From an uncultured Bdellovibrionales bacterium (GTDB taxonomy: Bacteria > Patescibacteriota > Minisyncoccia > Moranbacterales > UBA1568): a stretch of DNA of 64,000 nucleotides. The DNA lies in NCBI GenBank assembly GCA_964384235.1, contig CAYLJX010000003.1, positions 8,389 through 72,388 on the forward strand. The letters run 5' to 3'. Below are positions 1 to 7,166 of the stretch, piece after piece. Positions within the stretch are counted from its first letter, which is position 1. Each line of letters opens with the position of its first letter. The notes beneath the pieces are model-generated. The model did not search any database, was not told the origin of the DNA, and was given only the letters and a program-made list of their open reading frames with translations. The translations under genes and the position numbers were made by a program.

Positions 1-107
1 TCTTCCAGGATCTTCTGGCTGGTCGGCACACCGATACCGTAGATATAGGTGAGGGCGATTTCGATTCTTTTGTTGTCCGGAATGTTGATTCCCGCGATAC
101 GTACCAT
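1..107 (-). CDS. rpsM: 30S ribosomal protein S13, N-terminal part only (gene continues past window start)
   Basis: Minus-strand translation from ATG at 107 gives [35 protein letters not shown], a typical S13 N-terminus. It sits in the conserved position downstream of rpmJ. Confidence 0.8.
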   Translation of the reverse strand, partial: MVRIAGINIPDNKRIEIALTYIYGIGVPTSQKILE

Positions 108-111
108 ATGG

Positions 112-225
112 TTATCCTTGGCGCTGCTTATGCTTCGGGGTGACGCAAATCACGTAGAGCACGCCACGGCGCTTTACGATCTTGCAGTGGGCACAGATTT
201 TCTTGACCGAAGCTCTGACTTTCAT
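112..225 (-). CDS. rpmJ: 50S ribosomal protein L36
   Basis: Not in the ORF track (below 60 aa). Minus-strand [40 protein letters not shown] has the L36 zinc-ribbon signature (C-x2-C...C-x4-H). It lies between infA and rpsM as in most bacteria. Confidence 0.85.
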   Translation of the reverse strand: MKVRASVKKICAHCKIVKRRGVLYVICVTPKHKQRQG

Positions 226-235
226 AAAAAATTCT

Positions 236-457
236 CTATTTCAACCGATGAACGATCCTGCCCTTGGTCAGGTCATAGGGGCTCATCTCGAGCACCACCC
301 GATCACCCGGCAAGAGACGGATATAGTGGACCCGCATCCGACCGGAAATGTGCGCGAGCACCTCGTGGCCGTTCTGCAACTTCACCCGGAACGTCGTACT
401 GGGAAGGGTTTCCAAAACCTCCCCCTCGAGACGAATCAATTCCTTGTTATTTGCCAT
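236..457 (-). CDS. infA: translation initiation factor IF-1
   Basis: The 73 aa [45 protein letters not shown]...[23 protein letters not shown] is a near-canonical IF-1 S1-like fold. Confidence 0.95.
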   Translation of the reverse strand: MANNKELIRLEGEVLETLPSTTFRVKLQNGHEVLAHISGRMRVHYIRLLPGDRVVLEMSPYDLTKGRIVHRLK

Positions 458-629
458 ACGGTGACCTATGCAAGCACGTTTTCTCCCGGAAAAATTCGAC
501 GTTCCTTCACCAACACAAAAAACAGAGAAGTCTCGTCATGGGGAAGCAATCAATCCTCGATCGTGAATGCGGCTGTTGATTACCCTCTCTTTCCTTGAGA
601 TCTATGCAATTTTTCAAAACGTGCTTTGT

Positions 630-658
630 ATTGTAGACGACTCGTCATTTCTTGTCAA
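630..658 (-). promoter_or_regulatory. sigma-70-type promoter upstream of infA (-35 TTGACA, 17-nt spacer, -10 TACAAT)
   Basis: The reverse complement of 630-658 reads TTGACAagaaatgacgagtcgtcTACAAT, matching consensus hexamers with ideal spacing. It lies about 170 nt upstream of the infA start, between uppS and infA. Confidence 0.55.
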
Positions 659-665
659 GCAAGCC

Positions 666-1418
666 TCACTTGCCCAACCGTCGCCCCCGTCTCATATACT
701 CCCGGATCGCTTCCCGAAAGGCCTCCGGCCCGAAATCCGGGTAGTGTTTCTCTGAGAAATAGAGCTGAGCATCAGCCATATCCCACATCATGAATCCGGC
801 CGAGAGATGCGGTTCCCCACCCGTCCGGATGAGGAGGTCGACCGGCGGCATGTCTTTGGTCATCAGGGCTCCTTTCAAGGATTCCCGCGTTATCTCCGTA
901 CCCTTCGATTGACTCAGGGTTTTCACTGCGCGGAGCATCTCGTCATCCCCGCTATAGGCCAAGAAGAAGTTCAGGAAGTACCGACTGTAATCCTTGGTGG
1001 CATCGAGGCAGCGATAAAGGATCTGCTTAAGCGCTTCCGGAAACTGCTCCTCCCACCGCCCGATGAAACGGATCTTCGCCTCATCCTTGTGGATATCCTC
1101 GCTCTCCAGGAGTTTCGCAAAATACTTGGAATAGATATCCAAGAGTGCCTTACTCTCCGCGAGCGGCCGCTTGGCGAGATTCTCCAGGGACGACCCCCAA
1201 AAGGAAAGCTCCCGGATGCCGATCCGTCTCGCCTCCCGGATGATCGCTTCGGTGTTTTCCGCTCCGGCCTGGTGCCCCTCCCAGGGTTTCAGTCCGCGCT
1301 CCGCCGCCCATCGGCGGTTGCCATCGGGAATGATCACGACGTGCCGTGGAAGAAGCTCGGCTGGAATGTTTGTCATTTCTTCAGAAGTCATATACCTCAA
1401 AGTATCCTTAACAATCAC
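666..1418 (-). CDS. uppS: undecaprenyl (polyprenyl) diphosphate synthase, cis-prenyltransferase
   Basis: Has the HVVIIPDGNRRWA motif and ...LSFWGSSLENLAKRP..., typical of UppS. Length 250 aa. Confidence 0.9.
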   Translation of the reverse strand: MIVKDTLRYMTSEEMTNIPAELLPRHVVIIPDGNRRWAAERGLKPWEGHQAGAENTEAIIREARRIGIRELSFWGSSLENLAKRPLAESKALLDIYSKYFAKLLESEDIHKDEAKIRFIGRWEEQFPEALKQILYRCLDATKDYSRYFLNFFLAYSGDDEMLRAVKTLSQSKGTEITRESLKGALMTKDMPPVDLLIRTGGEPHLSAGFMMWDMADAQLYFSEKHYPDFGPEAFREAIREYMRRGRRLGK

Positions 1419-2484
1419 GATTGGCCATGTAATCAGCTACCGACACGAGAAAATCGTACGCTCGCGGTTCAATCTTTTCCTTGAGTCCTTCCAGGGCGGT
1501 TCGTCCCTCCTGGATATACCCGTCCGCCAAGGCTTTCGCTCCTGCCAAGGCACCCGTCTCCCGGATAATCCCCTGAAATTCCTCGACATCTTTTTCGGTC
1601 AGGCGTTCCCCGAGACCGAGGAGTTCCTTCAGACGCTTCCCCTGCTTCCGGCTGCTGTCCCGGAGCGCCCGTGAGACGAGGAGCGTGATCTTGCCTTCGA
1701 CGATATCGGATCCGACCGGCTTGCCGAGACGCTTCTCGGTGGCAAAGACTCCCAAGATATCATCCTGGATCTGGAACGCGATCCCAAGCGGAATAGCGTA
1801 CGCCGAGAACCCGTCGAGGACCGATTGGTCCGCACCGGCGAGAATACCACCGAGATGGAGCGGTCCTTCGACCGTATACTTGGCAGTCTTGTTGCGATAC
1901 ATCCGGAGGATCTCCTCTTCCGAGGCCTCGCCCTTGTATTCCATATAGACATCACGCGCCTGTCCGATGACCGTGAACGAGATGATGTTCTGCAGTTTCG
2001 AGAGGGCCGCGAACACGCGCTCCTTCGGAAAATCGGAACGGAAAATGACATCGTTTCCGAAAGCCGAGACCATATCCCCCATGATGATCGCAATAGAATT
2101 ACCAAAATGCCTCGCATCAGCCTGAGGAAAGAAACGCCGACCGATATCGGCATAGCGCTCATGGAGCGTCGCGACACCGTGACGCATCCCGTCGCGGTCG
2201 ATGATATCGTCATGGATGAGGAGGAAGAGATGGATGAGTTCGATACTCACCGCCGTCTCAAGCATCTTCTCTTCTTCCCGTCCACCGGCCGCCAGGTACC
2301 CGTAGTACATGAAGGCCGCCCGCAGCCGCTTCCCTCCGGAGAGTGCCAGTTCCTTCACATGTCCCAGGGCCTCGGTCACGAGATCATCCTCCTTGGCGGA
2401 TTCTTTGATAGCCACATCAAAATACGCCTCGATCCGTGGGTCGAGACGCGCCTTAAAAGCTTTCAATTCGGCCTCAATATGCAT
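1408..2484 (-). CDS. trans-polyprenyl diphosphate synthase (IspA/IdsA family)
   Basis: Carries both aspartate-rich motifs (LIHDDIIDRD and FQIQDDILG). The ORF track extends to 2607, but the family alignment begins at MHIEAELKAF (ATG at 2484), and the upstream 41 codons look non-coding. It overlaps uppS by 11 nt, which suggests an operon. Confidence 0.8.
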   Translation of the reverse strand: MHIEAELKAFKARLDPRIEAYFDVAIKESAKEDDLVTEALGHVKELALSGGKRLRAAFMYYGYLAAGGREEEKMLETAVSIELIHLFLLIHDDIIDRDGMRHGVATLHERYADIGRRFFPQADARHFGNSIAIIMGDMVSAFGNDVIFRSDFPKERVFAALSKLQNIISFTVIGQARDVYMEYKGEASEEEILRMYRNKTAKYTVEGPLHLGGILAGADQSVLDGFSAYAIPLGIAFQIQDDILGVFATEKRLGKPVGSDIVEGKITLLVSRALRDSSRKQGKRLKELLGLGERLTEKDVEEFQGIIRETGALAGAKALADGYIQEGRTALEGLKEKIEPRAYDFLVSVADYMANRDC

Positions 2485-2619
2485 ATGCCTGTACCGACAA
2501 AGTCTATCATGAAGAGAAGAAAAATAACAGGCAAAGCCTGTTTTTACCGGCGCTGCGCTCGGAAACGAAAGCTTGCTTCCATTTCGCTCGCTTCGCTTGG
2601 TAATCAAGCACTCTCTCTA

Positions 2620-3324
2620 TCAAAACCGAAGAAAGTCCGCATAGCGGCGGTAGAGCTCGAGCGTCGCCTTGAGGTCGCGAGCGTTGTAACGGGCAATATC
2701 CTCGTAACGTTTGTCGCGGAAGAGGCTCTGCACATCATCGCCGGACACGCCCTGACTCTTGGGACTTTCGATACCGAAGGCCCTCGTCCAGAGGTGGAGA
2801 CTCCCCTTGCGCCGGAGCGCCCCATAGAAAGACAGCTGGTCGAGAAGGTCTACATGGCGGGCGTTCCCCGGCTGGTAGTTGAGGTAACGGTTGGCCATGA
2901 GATTCTTGGACGGTCGGATACCATGCACCGCCGAGCGGATCATGAGGAATGGCACATCGAACATGCGGCCGTTGAACGTGACGAACTCGTCATATTTCCC
3001 GACGATGCTCCAGAACTTCTCGAGCATCGCCTTCTCCGAGAGCGCCTCGTACTTGTACTCCCCTTCCTCAAAGGTCCGCTCCTGTCCCGGCGCCTGAAAG
3101 TACACCGCGCCCTTGTCCTTGTCCCCGTCGAGCACGCCGATGGCGACGACCTCCCCGGTGAGCGGTGAAAACCCGAGACCCTCTCGGATATCGGTGAGGA
3201 GCGCACTATACTCCTCGTCGCTTCCCGCCTCGCGCTTGATCCAGCGCGTGAGACTATCCTTGGTCGTCTCGTCGAGCGCCTCGAAGTCCTCCCCGATGGT
3301 TTCGATGTCGAAGATGAGAGCCAT
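2620..3324 (-). CDS. predicted 3'-5' exonuclease, RNase H-like fold (PolB-exonuclease/YprB-like)
   Basis: N-terminal LIFDIETIG (Exo-I-like DxE) and later YNARDL resemble the stand-alone RNase_H-like exonuclease family. The call rests on motifs only. Confidence 0.45.
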   Translation of the reverse strand: MALIFDIETIGEDFEALDETTKDSLTRWIKREAGSDEEYSALLTDIREGLGFSPLTGEVVAIGVLDGDKDKGAVYFQAPGQERTFEEGEYKYEALSEKAMLEKFWSIVGKYDEFVTFNGRMFDVPFLMIRSAVHGIRPSKNLMANRYLNYQPGNARHVDLLDQLSFYGALRRKGSLHLWTRAFGIESPKSQGVSGDDVQSLFRDKRYEDIARYNARDLKATLELYRRYADFLRF

Positions 3325-3380
3325 ATGATTAGCTGCTAGCTTCCTAGCTTCGTTAGCTTCTTAACTTCAATATTCTAACA

Positions 3381-3440
3381 GAAAAAGAAAAAGCCCGCCT
3401 GCAACGCTTGCGCGTGACAGGACAGGCTTTGCAGGCCGTG
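3381..3440 (-). terminator. rho-independent terminator downstream of pyrE
   Basis: On the minus strand a GC hairpin (GCCTGCAAAGCC...GGCTTTGCAGGC region) is followed by GGGCTTTTTCTTTTTCTGTT. Confidence 0.5.
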
Positions 3441-3488
3441 GTGTGCAGTACACACTCGGTAGCCTTTGAGAGTCGGGTTGCTCTGGAT

Positions 3489-4187
3489 TCAAACACTGAC
3501 ACCATACTGCTCTCGGTAGACGAGAATCTTCTCCAGTATTCCGGCGATATCGTCACCATCGTCTCCGGCCGACGCTCGTTCCAGCAAACTGATGAGGTCC
3601 GAGAGTGTCGCAGCGACATGCACAGGGATCCCATAGTTCCCCTGGAACTCCTGTACCGCCGACAGATCGCTTTCCTTTCCGCGTTCCTGCCGATCGAAAG
3701 CGATCGCACAACCGATGGCAGTGCCTCCATTCACCCGAACGATTTCCACGGCTTCGCCCGAAGATGTACCGGTCGTCATCACGTCATCGACGATCAGGAC
3801 ATCTTTCCCTTCCACGGGCATGCCGACGATGATGCCGCCTTCACCGTGATCCTTCGCTTCCTTGCGGTTGAAGGCATAGCCGATATTCACCCGGAGGCGT
3901 TCCTCCAGCTTCAGGGCTACTGCCGTTGCCAAAGGAATCCCCTTGTAGGCCGGACCGAAAACGATTTCCGGGGAAGAATGGCTCACTATGGCCGCGAGAT
4001 AGGCATCGGCAAGTTGAAGAAGCGACCGTCCCGTATTGAACAGCCCGGAATTGAAGAAATACGGCGATATCCGCCCGCTCTTCAGCTTCCGTCCTTCCGG
4101 CAACAGCTCCAGCGCACCGATACTGAGAGCGTACGCCAGAAAATGCTGAGCAGGATTTCGAGCGTACTTACCAAGACCATGTTTCAT
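3489..4187 (-). CDS. pyrE: orotate phosphoribosyltransferase
   Basis: Shows SPYFFNSG and the PRPP-binding motif VLIVDDVMTTGTS. Confidence 0.9.
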   Translation of the reverse strand: MKHGLGKYARNPAQHFLAYALSIGALELLPEGRKLKSGRISPYFFNSGLFNTGRSLLQLADAYLAAIVSHSSPEIVFGPAYKGIPLATAVALKLEERLRVNIGYAFNRKEAKDHGEGGIIVGMPVEGKDVLIVDDVMTTGTSSGEAVEIVRVNGGTAIGCAIAFDRQERGKESDLSAVQEFQGNYGIPVHVAATLSDLISLLERASAGDDGDDIAGILEKILVYREQYGVSV

Positions 4188-4197
4188 GTTGCCTCCT

Positions 4198-5100
4198 TCA
4201 GTTGCGATACTGGTTGATGGAACTATGCATCTCCTGTGTCTCGCGACGAGCGGCTTCGGGGAAATCCGGGCCGTCCGATGCGAAGATGATGCCGCGCGCG
4301 GAGTTGATAATCATGCCCTGATTGCGGCTGTCCTTCCCCGCCTTCACCGTCGCTTCCAAATCACCGCCCTGCGCGCCGATCCCCGGGATGAGGATCGGCA
4401 TGTCGCCAACGATCTCGCGGACTTCGGCCAGCTCTTGCGGACATGTAGCCCCGACGACGACAGCGCAGTTGCCGTTCGTGTTCCAATACCGAGAAACACG
4501 AAAAGCAACGTACTGATAAAGGGGAATACTCGTATCGCTCGGCTCTCGTTTGACAAGGGAGACGTATTCTTCATACTCACCCATTCGCAAACTGACTGGA
4601 CGATCTTGGAACTCACCGGCGCCCTTGTTGGACGTACGACAGAGCACGATGATGCCCTTGTCCTTCTGATCGAGGAACGACTGCATCGCTTCCTGACCGA
4701 AGTAGGGCGACACTGTCACCGCATCCGCATCGAAGTAATCGAAGGCTTCCTGGACGTAACCGACATTGGTGTTGCCTATGTCGCCACGCTTGGAATCCAG
4801 AATCACCGGAACATCGGGTGCTACTTTCCGGATGTACCTGATGGTGTAGTACAGCACCTCCTCTGCCTCCGGGCCGGTGTAGAAAGCGATATTCGGCTTG
4901 TACGCCAAGACGAGATCACGGGTCGCGTCGATGATCTTGCTGTTGAAGGCGAGACACCCGCCGACATCCTCGATGTTCTCGTCCTTCCAGTGGATGAAAT
5001 ACTGCCCCTTCGGCAGTTTCTGCGGGTCCGTGTCGAGCCCGACGCAGACGAACTTTCCCTCGTCCCATCTCCGTTGCAGCTTCTTCATGAACGTTGTCAC
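4198..5100 (-). CDS. pyrF: orotidine-5'-phosphate decarboxylase (long/type-2 form)
   Basis: Contains FVCVGLDT and ILDSKRGDIGNT, typical of the ~300-aa OMP decarboxylase subfamily. It is adjacent to pyrE. Confidence 0.85.
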   Translation of the reverse strand: MTTFMKKLQRRWDEGKFVCVGLDTDPQKLPKGQYFIHWKDENIEDVGGCLAFNSKIIDATRDLVLAYKPNIAFYTGPEAEEVLYYTIRYIRKVAPDVPVILDSKRGDIGNTNVGYVQEAFDYFDADAVTVSPYFGQEAMQSFLDQKDKGIIVLCRTSNKGAGEFQDRPVSLRMGEYEEYVSLVKREPSDTSIPLYQYVAFRVSRYWNTNGNCAVVVGATCPQELAEVREIVGDMPILIPGIGAQGGDLEATVKAGKDSRNQGMIINSARGIIFASDGPDFPEAARRETQEMHSSINQYRN

Positions 5101-5286
5101 GACAAACCTCTCTTTCTTTCAGTTATTAACAGTACTGCCTCCGTCAGCTTTTCAATCGAAAAGCCGATACTCCAAGATACGGGTTTGAGGGGTTGGTGTC
5201 AAATAAATAAGGCTCTGCCCGTTCGATTCCCTAGCCCTAAGGGGAATCCTCTTCCCTCGCCATTCCGCACGGAGGCTCCGCAGTTT

Positions 5287-5431
5287 GGCCTAAGGGGAAT
5301 TCCGCCTCGCGGTCTGCTGACCGCTTCGTTGTCCGGGGCAGCGCCAGATGCTCGCTTGCTCGCATCCGTCGACACTCGCCAGTTTCGCCTTCGCGAAAAG
5401 ACTTGCTCCTGCCCGTTCGATTCCCCTTAGG
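5287..5431. repeat. tRNA-3'-end-mimicking structured element, copy A (core shared with 6052-6195)
   Basis: A ~130 nt core is near-identical to copy B, including a 48 nt perfect block aattccgcctcgcggtctgctgaccgcttcgttgtccggggcagcgcc. The left flank cctaaggggaat copies the plus-strand image of the tRNA-Glu 3' end. The right flank gttcgattccccttagg is the same segment inverted. A further 17 nt direct copy tagccctaaggggaatc lies at 5229-5245. Confidence 0.7.
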
Positions 5432-5438
5432 ATAACAA

Positions 5439-5476
5439 AGTAAATACCCACCCCATAATGGGGTGGGTATTTACTT
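5439..5476. terminator. bidirectional intrinsic terminator hairpin (AAGTAAATACCCACCCC-ATAA-TGGGGTGGGTATTTACTT)
   Basis: A perfect 17-bp palindrome with A/T runs on both sides lies immediately 3' of tRNA-Glu on the minus strand and 3' of element A on the plus strand. Confidence 0.6.
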
Positions 5477-5482
5477 AATTTG

Positions 5483-5554
5483 TAGCCCTAAGGGGAATCG
5501 AACCCCTGTTTTCTCCGTGAGAGGGAGATGTCCTAGCCGCTAGACGATAGGGCC
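5483..5554 (-). tRNA. tRNA-Glu (anticodon CUC)
   Basis: Manually folded as GGCCCTA/TAGGGCT acceptor (G1:U72), D-arm GTCT..GGAC, anticodon stem TCTCC/GGAGA with loop CTCTCAC, and T-arm AGGGG-TTCGATT-CCCCT. CCA is not encoded. Confidence 0.7.
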
Positions 5555-5575
5555 AAATTTTGAAAACCTTCTTAG

Positions 5576-5646
5576 CAGGGGCGGTAGGAATCGAACCCAC
5601 GCAAAGGGTTTTGGAGACCCTTGTACTACCATTATACGACGCCCCC
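5576..5646 (-). tRNA. tRNA-Trp (anticodon CCA)
   Basis: Acceptor GGGGGCG/CGCCCCT, anticodon stem AGGGT/ACCCT with loop CTCCAAA, and T-loop TTCGATT. It lies next to rpmG as in many bacteria. Confidence 0.75.
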
Positions 5647-5663
5647 GTGAAGAAAACCGAGAA

Positions 5664-5804
5664 CTACTTGCTCTCGGTATGGGTCGTGTTCTTCTTGCAG
5701 AATCGGCAATACTTGCTGAGAGAAAGCTTTTCCTTGACCTTCTTCTTGTTGCGCTTGGTGTAGTGCGTGATGCGGCCGCAGGCGGAGCACTTCATCTTGG
5801 CCAT
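5664..5804 (-). CDS. rpmG: 50S ribosomal protein L33
   Basis: Not in the ORF track. MAKMKCSACGRITHYTKRNKKKVKEKLSLSKYCRFCKKNTTHTESK has a C-x2-C...C-x2-C zinc ribbon and an MAK start typical of L33. An alternative in-frame ATG lies at 5825. Confidence 0.8.
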   Translation of the reverse strand: MAKMKCSACGRITHYTKRNKKKVKEKLSLSKYCRFCKKNTTHTESK

Positions 5805-5902
5805 CGTGTCTTTGATCTGTCCCATACCGTTTCATTAAAACAAAAAATACGCTTCGAAAAGCTTCCCTACTCTACGCGAAAAACGGCTTTTCGTCAACAC
5901 TG

Positions 5903-5975
5903 AGCCGTTGACCGGGATTGAACCGGTGACCCCCACCTTACCATGGTGGTGCTCTACCAGCTGAGCTACAACGGC
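5903..5975 (-). tRNA. tRNA-Thr (anticodon GGU)
   Basis: GCCGTTG/CAACGGC acceptor, D-arm GCTC-AGCTGGTA-GAGC, anticodon stem CCACC/GGTGG with loop ATGGTAA, and T-arm ACCGG-TTCAATC-CCGGT. Confidence 0.8.
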
Positions 5976-6051
5976 TTGTTCAAAACTAAAGAACAAATCC
6001 CGATAATTATCAGGACTTTTTCTATTGTAATGTTTTTCTGAGAAAAGTCTA

Positions 6052-6195
6052 GGGCAGGGAGGGAATTCCGCCTCGCGGTCTGCTGACCGCTTCGTTGTCC
6101 GGGGCAGCGCCGAATGCTCGCTTACTCGCATCCGTCGACACTCGCCAATCTCGCCTTCGCTCGACGGCTCGCTCCTGCCCGTTCGAATCCCTCCC
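6052..6195. repeat. tRNA-3'-end-mimicking structured element, copy B (core shared with 5287-5431)
   Basis: Same conserved core as copy A. The left flank gggcagggaggga is identical to the plus-strand image of the tRNA-Tyr 3' end 190 bp away. The right flank cccgttcgaatccctcccc is the tRNA-Tyr T-loop and 3' stem inverted. It occupies the slot where tRNA-Gly sits in the common thr-tyr-gly-thr cluster. Confidence 0.7.
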
Positions 6196-6206
6196 CATAC
6201 TCAAAC

Positions 6207-6246
6207 AAAAGAGAAAAGGTACCCTCCAGGGTACCTTTTCTCTTTT
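6207..6246. terminator. bidirectional intrinsic terminator hairpin (AAAAGAGAAAAGGTACCCT-CC-AGGGTACCTTTTCTCTTTT)
   Basis: A perfect 19-bp palindrome with T/A tracts on both sides sits between element B and the 3' end of tRNA-Tyr. Confidence 0.6.
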
Positions 6247-6249
6247 TGT

Positions 6250-6332
6250 GGGCAGGGAGGGATTCGAACCCCCGAAGACCGAAGTCGCCTGATTTACAGT
6301 CAGGTGCGATTGACCGCTCCGCCACCTACCCA
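6250..6332 (-). tRNA. tRNA-Tyr (anticodon GUA), type II with long variable arm
   Basis: GGGTAGG/CCTGCCC acceptor, anticodon stem CCTGA/TCAGG with loop CTGTAAA, variable-arm hairpin GACTTCGGTC, and T-arm GGGGG-TTCGAAT-CCCTC. Confidence 0.8.
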
Positions 6333-6403
6333 AAACTCTGCAATACTTTCCAAAGAACTACCATCCTCCTATTTATACATACTTTCTCTTTCTTTTCAAT
6401 ATG

Positions 6404-6476
6404 AGCCACCCGTCGGATTCGGACCGACGACCTACGCATTACAAGTGCGTTGCTCTACCAGCTGAGCTAGGGTGGC
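6404..6476 (-). tRNA. tRNA-Thr (anticodon UGU)
   Basis: GCCACCC/GGGTGGC acceptor, anticodon stem ACGCA/TGCGT with loop CTTGTAA, and T-arm GTCGG-TCCGAAT-CCGAC. The T-loop has C at position 55. Confidence 0.75.
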
Positions 6477-6487
6477 TAGTTTCCCAA

Positions 6488-7093
6488 CTATATCCTATAT
6501 TCCTTGATCCAAAGATTTATCTGGTTCAACAGTTTCTTATCCGAATAATTGATAACTAACGTACCATATGGGGATTTTTTCTTATATGTCCCTTTCTTAC
6601 CGACATGGACATAGGACTTATAGAAATTTTGCTTCTGCACCTTCGTAATGCCGGACCAAAAACCTATCAGTTCTTGCTCATCATGGTCAGGATACATGTG
6701 TATAAGCAATTTCAGACGACTTTCCCAAATTCCACAGACTTCCCGGAGAAACCGAAGAAACAGTCTTATCATGTCAGGATCACTATTCACAAACTTCACC
6801 GTACTCCATCCCTTACATCCTTCAGCCCAATACAGCATAACCCCTGCCAACCGAAGTTTCTCCTCTTCACCATAAAAAGTCTTCTTGAGTACCAGTGGTT
6901 TTTTATGAAATTTCGTTATATGCCACTGGGTGACAGCATCACTCCTCGAACGGCGGACTACTCCATTCTTATTCAGGTAATATACAACTGACGAAGAAGG
7001 AACGTTAAATTTCTTCGCTATCTGAGCCATGGAAAGCCCTTCTTTGAGATAGGATTCTACAAACTTTTTCTGTATATTCTTCGATATTGCCAT
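6488..7093 (-). CDS. hypothetical HTH-domain protein, possible LAGLIDADG-like homing endonuclease, encoded in an AT-rich islet
   Basis: A 201 aa ORF in a ~35% GC segment within a ~58% GC region. The N-terminus LSMAQIAKKFNVPSSSVVYYL resembles a sigma-70 region-4/transposase-type HTH. The central LRLAGVMLYWAEGCKG is loosely LAGLIDADG-like. It lies directly upstream of tRNA-Thr(UGU). Confidence 0.6.
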   Translation of the reverse strand: MAISKNIQKKFVESYLKEGLSMAQIAKKFNVPSSSVVYYLNKNGVVRRSRSDAVTQWHITKFHKKPLVLKKTFYGEEEKLRLAGVMLYWAEGCKGWSTVKFVNSDPDMIRLFLRFLREVCGIWESRLKLLIHMYPDHDEQELIGFWSGITKVQKQNFYKSYVHVGKKGTYKKKSPYGTLVINYSDKKLLNQINLWIKEYRI

Positions 7094-7099
7094 ACCGAA

Positions 7100-7134
7100 A
7101 TTATATCACACCAGTTGTTTAATTAACAACTGGT
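7100..7134 (-). promoter_or_regulatory. perfect 10-bp palindrome ACCAGTTGTT-TAATTA-ACAACTGGT followed by TATAAT about 7 nt before the start codon of the HTH gene
   Basis: Seen directly in the sequence. The arrangement suggests an operator overlapping the promoter of 6488-7093, or a terminator for the upstream gene. Confidence 0.4.
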
Positions 7135-7166
7135 AAACTCCTATTTTAAAAGTACATCCAAATCAA

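Noticed and set aside
2485-2607. Extended N-terminus of the polyprenyl synthase (ORF track start at 2607)
   Set aside because: The family alignment begins at MHIEAELKAF. The upstream 41 codons have no similarity and read like intergenic sequence.
5287-6195. Elements A/B as intron-containing tRNA genes (for example the missing tRNA-Gly), RNase P RNA, SRP RNA or tmRNA
   Set aside because: No canonical T-stem pairs with the TTCGA(A/T)T loops in either orientation. No anticodon stem-loop with U33 could be placed. The length (~145 nt) and motifs do not fit RNase P, 4.5S or tmRNA. Reported as a repeat element of unknown nature instead.
5560-6404. Small ORFs overlapping the tRNA cluster and element B (5560-5763, 5679-5903, 5835-6131, 6049-6333, 6095-6292, 6114-6404, 6122-6325)
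   Set aside because: They overlap tRNA genes, rpmG or the structured repeat, and have no SD and no recognisable protein features.
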